A stretch of 27,964 bases of DNA from Octopus sinensis (taxonomy: Eukaryota), in NCBI RefSeq assembly GCF_006345805.1, contig NW_021827557.1:1-27964 (forward strand), given 5' to 3'. The notes beneath the pieces were generated by a model that saw nothing but the letters and a program-made list of their open reading frames with translations, ran no database searches and was not told where the DNA came from. Position 1 is the first letter of the stretch; each line of letters opens with the position of its first letter. Positions 22,118-27,964 of the stretch are shown piece by piece. A program made the translations under genes and the position numbers.

Positions 22118-23212
22118 TTCAAGTAAATAAATGATATATATAAAGTGCATTAAGTAATCATCGTAGTCTAATTTCCTTCACTTTTCAATGAAGAGTAGAT
22201 GAGCAACTATCATTTGATACAGACAAAACATAATCTACGCTTTCAGGCTTTTGTGTAAAGTTTTCGGGAATAACCCAATAAGTTTACAATTAATTCCATG
22301 AAATATTCACAGACCCCAAAAATTTGAATTAATTCACTTCGGAAAAGTGGCTGCACAGAAGCTGCTATATACTGTTCTCTTACATGAAACCTTTAGTGGT
22401 ATCAATCACTGTAAGGACCTCGGAATAACAGTCGATAATAACTTAGAATAGAGTGACCACATAAACAACAAAACTGACATGATCCGTATGTTGTGCTCCT
22501 GGATCCTAAGAATTTTCAGGTTCAGAATGCTCCTACTATTAACATTCTCTTCCCTACCAAAGCCCGTCCTCATCTACAGTACCTAGAATACCGTTGTGCG
22601 CTTTGGTCTCTCGACATGAAAGTAAATATCATAAAAATTGAAGCACCCCAGAGATCAATCAAAGAAAAAGCAAGACATGTCAGGGCTTGAATACTGGGAT
22701 CGGCTCCAGAAACACAAACTTTACTCCCTCCAACTTCACCATGAGCGCTATATCTTTCGTATAAGGTGGAAAATATTCCAATATTGTTCAAACAGTGTTG
22801 TTATCAACTGTAAAGTTCACCCTAGACTTGGACCCAATGCCATTCGCCCTCTACAAAAATCGTCCTCGCGATTACAACACTAAGACAGAAGCACTTCACC
22901 TCAACTGGCCCTGCTTTCTTTAACATCATGCCAAGACACATAAAAGAAGAAAAAGATCTCATGTTATTCAGACATTCCCCGGATGAATATCCCGAACAAA
23001 TTCCAGGTAAATCAAATACACCCGGATAAATCTCTGCCAACAATAACTCTTTACTCGCATGGGCTATGGTGCCCAAAACATGACTGTAACATGAAGCATG
23101 ATTAAATGTTTTATTAGTGCTGCTACTAGGTTAGTCATGGCCGGGGTACATCCTGTCCGAAAGTCATGTAAGTATCTAAGTACCCTCATACCCTGAACAA
23201 ATATGTACTTAC

Positions 23213-23356
23213 CATATGTTCGCTTGTCACAATTCTCTCCATACCATCCATCTTCGCAGCCACCTTCACACTTTCCAGTAATTTCGTGACATGATTCCGC
23301 TCGAGAACAATGACATTCATTGATACAGTCTTTACCATACAACTGTGGTGGACATC
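23213..23356 (-). CDS. Internal exon (144 nt, phase 1-1) encoding a laminin/MEGF-type EGF-like repeat
   Basis: Acceptor ATTTAG and donor GTAAGT (23212-23207). Translation is CPPQLYGKDCINECHCSRAESCHEITGKCEGGCEDGWYGENCDKRTY. It splices in frame onto the FTP exon. Confidence 0.9.
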
Positions 23357-24540
23357 CTAAATTGATAACATCGAAACAGTTTCTTTGTAAATGAGCATTA
23401 AAATAAAACAGTTATTGAAAACACATTCAATCTTACAAGATCTCACATATAATCAACAAGAGATTCTATATTTCGAGAGAATCTCTTGATATAGAATCCC
23501 TTGATGTAGCTAACAAGAGATACTATATATCACATTTGCAATCTTAAAATTGCAGAAATTCGCGCACATATAAGAAATAAAAAATATGCGATTCCTGTAT
23601 ATGTAGACGCTACATAAGTTACAGTTGAGACACTAGCGTATCCAGAGTGTGTCCCGCCCGGAGCAGCCCTTCCGTTTGCTGCCCCGGACCCCACAAAAGT
23701 ACATATTGCCTATAGCAGACTCAAATGTGATGCTCCTTTGTAAGTGCTGCCAGTGGCGGACCCCCCCCCCCCCAACCGTAGCTACGCTAATGAGTTAAGG
23801 ACACTTTAAAGCATCATAGCCGAGAAGAGAGACTTAAAAGGATTATATCAAACAGAAATCAACAGTATGTTAACATTGCAGTTTTAAGTTACGGGCACAC
23901 TGAGCAGTTGTGTAGAGGCCTCTTGTTTATAGGGCCTCAATTATGATGTATATATCATGTGTCGTCCTGTCAGTATGTAAATATTATAGACACTAGTTCA
24001 ATGACTTGCTCGGAGCGAGGGCTACATTGCTACTGAAGTTTGCTAAGGTCATGCATGTATGTTTGGGTAATATATTTATAATAAAGAAACATGCCTATCT
24101 AAAAAAATAAAGAAACATATATATATATATATGAAAGGAAAGAAAGAAGGAGGAATCAACGTTTCGAGCGGAGCTCTTAGTCAGAAACACAGAAAAAGGA
24201 AAGATCCAAGGAAGGGAAGACGGAGAAAGAAAATCGCCAACGATACACCCGCGGTCACATATTGAACTGACCGAAGGGAATGGGTGAAGAAAATGTTTTT
24301 TCAAAGACAGGAGAGTTTAAGAGAAGGAAGTATGTGTTTGTATGTGTGGGTATGTGCGTGCGTGCAGGTCTGTGTGCGTGTGTGTGTAATGATAGCACGT
24401 GTGTGTGTGTGTGTGGTTGTGGATGTTTATCTATGTGTGTAGTTGGGCATAGTATCGTTTAATGTCATAGGAATAATTTATAGTAGGAGTGGCTCCTGTT
24501 GTGTGTCTACTTACACACCTGCGTAGGAATATATTGATGC

Positions 24541-24904
24541 TCCTTGCAAATCCGATTGGCCAAGTGGTCACCCGTCAATTTCAGTTAAATTTAGTTAATA
24601 TATACTTAAACTGTCTAATAAAGCATATAATATTTTTGTAAACAAACACGAAAGGTATTTTAAGTTAAGAACAGAAAGCTACTATGTAAGACTCATAGTA
24701 TAATAATAACCGTATAATATATCATAATATTTATTCTCCAATTTGAAGTGACAATTTTTAGATATAAGCAAATGATGAGCTAACTTCAGTATGAATTGAA
24801 CCAACATATCAACGCTTACTCGTCTCCTTGCAAGTCCGATTGGCCAAACGCTCACCCATCAATTTCTGTCAAATTTAGTTAATATATACTTAAACTGTCT
24901 ATTA
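24541..24904. repeat. Two ~80-bp diverged direct repeats (24541-24620 and 24825-24904)
   Basis: TCCTTGCAA.TCCGATTGGCCAA...TCACCC.TCAATTTC.GT.AAATTTAGTTAATATATACTTAAACTGTCTA occurs twice. Confidence 0.9.
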
Positions 24905-25194
24905 CTACATATACATATATACATTTAGATAAAAATACTAATACTATATATATAAATATTTAGATAAAAATAGTTATTGCCGGTTTACAGGGTTACCCAA
25001 GGTGTCGCATCCATGAAGTGCTTAGCTTTACTGTGTCTTTAGTCCCTAATTCACGAAAACCACTTAGTCTACGGAAAATATGGGACATAATTATATTTAT
25101 CTAAATATACTTCTACTCTGTAACTTGTAGTGTGCTTCTCTGTCGGATTTGTGATTTGCTGATGGTATATATAAATATATATATATATATATCG

Positions 25195-26146
25195 AAGGTA
25201 GATCAGAAAGAACACAACAAACGGAAACCGTCAAAACACAAAATGCGGGAAACAGGAAAACGGTAAACAGGAAAAACAAGACACAGGGGGCATTCGCAGC
25301 CAAATTGCCTCTTCAGTTGGAGTCCGAAATGTCTGCGTCGTTTCGCTAACCTACCTCCGATATCACTCGAAACCGGCTGGGCCAGGGAGTTAAGCTAAAA
25401 ACATTAAGCCTCTGGGAAAGGCAACGAATGTACATATATGAAAATAAATATGTAAATAACGGAGTCTTTCGGCAATCGGACGAACGTAAAATATGAAATA
25501 GAATTACATATATACAATGGACAAACGCCTTTCGACTATACAACAAAATAAAAATAATTATACAATTACAACAAAAATAAGACGAAACAAAAAGGGTCTT
25601 TCGACCATCAGCCGAATGTAGTAAGTTAGCGCAAGGAAAGAAGAAATGGAAAAATCTTAACTAGGTGGGCGGCGGGACAGAACAGAACAGACGGGCGCGA
25701 CCGACCTCAAAGGCGGCCAGTCGAAAAAGGACGACAACGCCTGAAGCGGACAGTATTTACGTGATAGGAGAGGGGAGGAGTTCAAGAGGGAAGAGTGACT
25801 AAGGAATAGGAGAGAGGAGAAAGAAATTAGAAGGACGAAAGAATGAAAGGGAGAGAGAGAGAAAAAGGTATAGCGGAAGTAAGAGGATGAGAGTCGTACA
25901 TGATATTCAAGGGGAATCTTTTTTACAATGTATACAGTTGTACGTAACACTGCTTGGATAAATCAAAGGTAGCACAGAAAGAACACAACAAACGGAAACC
26001 GACAAAATGCAACATGCGGGGCAAAGGACGATGGCACGACAACAGCAAACAGGACAAAGCAAGATTCTCGGATCATTTGCAGCTAAATTGCCTCTTCATT
26101 TGGAGTTCGGAATGTCTGTGTAGTTTCGCCCATTTATCTCCGATAT
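25195..26146. repeat. Two ~170-180-bp diverged direct repeats (25195-25363, 25966-26146) flanking ~600 bp of non-coding sequence
   Basis: An identical 27-mer CAGAAAGAACACAACAAACGGAAACCG sits at 25204 and 25975. The copies also share AAATTGCCTCTTCA, GGAGT.CG.AATGTCTG and CTCCGATAT. Confidence 0.85.
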
Positions 26147-26245
26147 GTGTGTGAGTGTATATATATATAAATGTTTATGTATATGTATGTATGTATACAT
26201 ACAGTATACATATATCTATTTAAGAGAATATGTGTTTGAGAATAT

Positions 26246-26500
26246 GCGATCGTAGGATCGCGGTTTCGATTCACTGACCGGGCGTTGTAAGTGTTTATTG
26301 AGCGAAAACACCTAAAGCTCCACGAGGCTCTGGCAGGGGGTGATGGCGATCCCTGCTGTACTCTTTCGCCACAACTTTCTCTCACTCTTTCTTCTGTTGG
26401 CCTGCTCGCTTAGCCAGCGGGGTGGTGTCATTTGAAGCGCATTGTGACCAGCGATGTGAGGCAACATCTGATAGCCTGGTCGCTGACGGTGATCACGGTG
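26246..26500 (+). mobile_element. 5'-truncated tRNA-derived SINE
   Basis: B-box-like GGTTTCGATTC at 26262-26272 followed by a GC-rich body and a (TA)n tail. No A-box was seen. Confidence 0.6.
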
Positions 26501-27087
26501 ATATATATAATGTAATATAATATAGTATAAGAAATGCGAAAACTCATTTCTGTGTGTTAGTTTGTCACACTTCGCCCACTCCAACTCTCACTATTCCTTA
26601 ACACGTCTTCTATTGCTCATACTGGAGTGAGAGTAATAGTAGGCATAGAGAGGTTGAGGACGGTGGCGAAGACAGAGAGAAACAGACAGACAGACAGAAA
26701 GAAATAGAAAAAGAGAGGTGAGAAAGAAAGTCAAAGAAATTTAGGAAGTGTTCATAATGATTTTATTAAAAGTAGTAGTGTTGATGGTGGCAGTTGAAGA
26801 GAGAGAGAGAGAGGGGGGAGAGAGAAAGAGTGGCCATGTGAGAGAAAGAGAGACTGAACACTGAAGAAAAATGCTAAACGGTGTGTGTATGGCAGATATG
26901 GTGGTGATGGTTGTGGTACTGTTGTTTATCATGCAGCTTTGCAACAAGTTTTAAGTCGACGACTTATATCACTGTTTTGATGAAAATTGTTCATTGCTTG
27001 AAAAATATTGTTCAAGTTAATTAAAATTTATTATGTAATCAATGTATGAAGCGATATTGTTGGCATATTCAAGCATACGTACATACA

Positions 27088-27115
27088 TACATATATATAT
27101 GTATATATATATAAT

Positions 27116-27148
<33 letters not shown>

Positions 27149-27155
27149 GTATGTG

Positions 27156-27186
<31 letters not shown>

Positions 27187-27201
27187 CGTATATATATATA
27201 T
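27088..27201. repeat. (TA)n/(TG)n compound microsatellite
   Basis: Direct reading of the sequence. Confidence 0.9.
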
Positions 27202-27964
27202 ATGTTCATCACAAAGCCTTGCAAAGCTAAGTAATCTATTTCTATTTAAGATTTTAAAATTAAAAAATTTAAAATATTTTAATAAGTCTTATTTTATAAT
27301 TTGGTATTATATATAAATACTGATTGGTATGTAATGATTCAGTTATCGAAGTTTGTATATAATTATTAGATTTTTAACTCTACGTTTATTTGTAAGACTT
27401 TACTTAGCCAAAGAGATATATAGATCGTTAATAGTAATACGATTTTTTAAAGTTAGGTTTCATGTCTATACATTTATTGATACCTTAAATTTTAGTCTTT
27501 AATCACAATATTTGTTGATAATTATTTAGTTATTATTTTTAAATATTTATAATTATTAGATGTGTACATAAATCTAATATATAATAACGATTTTTAGTTA
27601 AATAATTTGGTAATTAAATCTTTGGACTATAACTGAGTTAAGGATATTTGTGTGTTTATTATGTTTTTTTTTAAGCTATTTATATATTCATAAATATCTC
27701 TAATGGTTGACTTTGTTTGTTCTTTATATACCTTTTATATAGCTGTTTTCAATTGACTATTGTTCAGTGTTTTTCATTGATAAATATATTCGTAGTATTT
27801 ATTGTACTATATAACTAACTACGGATTAATAATTTCATTGTATAAGTATTTAGTTGTTTGAAGATATGTATTTCATTATTTCATTATTAGTTCTTAACTA
27901 TACGGTTTTTGTAAGTTATTATTAGCCAACGAATATAGGATCGTTAAATAGTTATAAGGTTCTT

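Larger units (their letters stand above)
20680..22319 (+). mobile_element. ~1.64-kb Helitron-derived non-autonomous insert (GA/GAGT/GGT microsatellites + helicase fragment)
   Basis: It splits the CR1 motif MQLSDD-KFELIHFG. It begins with TC after an A and contains a PIF1 helicase remnant. No CTRR 3' end was seen, so the right boundary is uncertain. Confidence 0.55.
18740..23070 (+). mobile_element. Heavily decayed CR1-like LINE (copy 2), interrupted at ~20680-22320; ORF1 remnants may extend to ~18280
   Basis: Motifs occur in the expected order: SETW (18801-18812), YRP, DDFNFP (19108-), LLDLTFSN, SDHN, EILQKQYCS, AIYLAFSEAFDKVDH, GIPQGPVL, FAYD, MQLSDD | KFELIHFG, KDLGI, WILRIF, YWDRLQKHKLYSL and NNSLL. 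Confidence 0.85.

Noticed and set aside
25270-25350. CTGAAGA and GCGAAAC on the minus strand of the direct repeats as a hammerhead
   Set aside because: No GUH triplet, stem III or stem I can be formed in either type I or type II topology, and copy 2 lacks the core C.
25626-25635. TTAGCGCAAG matching the Tx1 array junction motif
   Set aside because: It is only a 10-mer, lacks the upstream TTATT and AATAAA, and no ORF1 homology follows. Treated as chance.

Overview
AT-rich animal DNA dominated by transposable elements. An octopus-type cephalopod origin is inferred from SINE heads and repeat style recognised from memory, not from a search. Two exons of one minus-strand host gene can be spliced in frame: an EGF-like exon (23356-23213) and an F-type lectin/FTP-domain exon (8513-8256). 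The 14.7-kb intron between them is about 97% one contiguous plus-strand TE block. That block holds a head-to-tail array of five divergent L1/Tx1-like units (two ORF1-only, one RT-deleted, two 3'-truncated), followed by a decayed CR1-like LINE. The CR1 is itself split by a Helitron-derived insert that carries a SINE. Outside this intron lie a nearly full-length CR1-like LINE (2788-6790), a mariner remnant, two further tRNA-derived SINEs, a degenerate Penelope-type hammerhead ribozyme motif, a 244-bp palindrome, several direct repeats and many microsatellites. All protein calls come from motif recognition by eye, and TE boundaries are approximate. No rRNA, bona fide tRNA or CRISPR array was seen.
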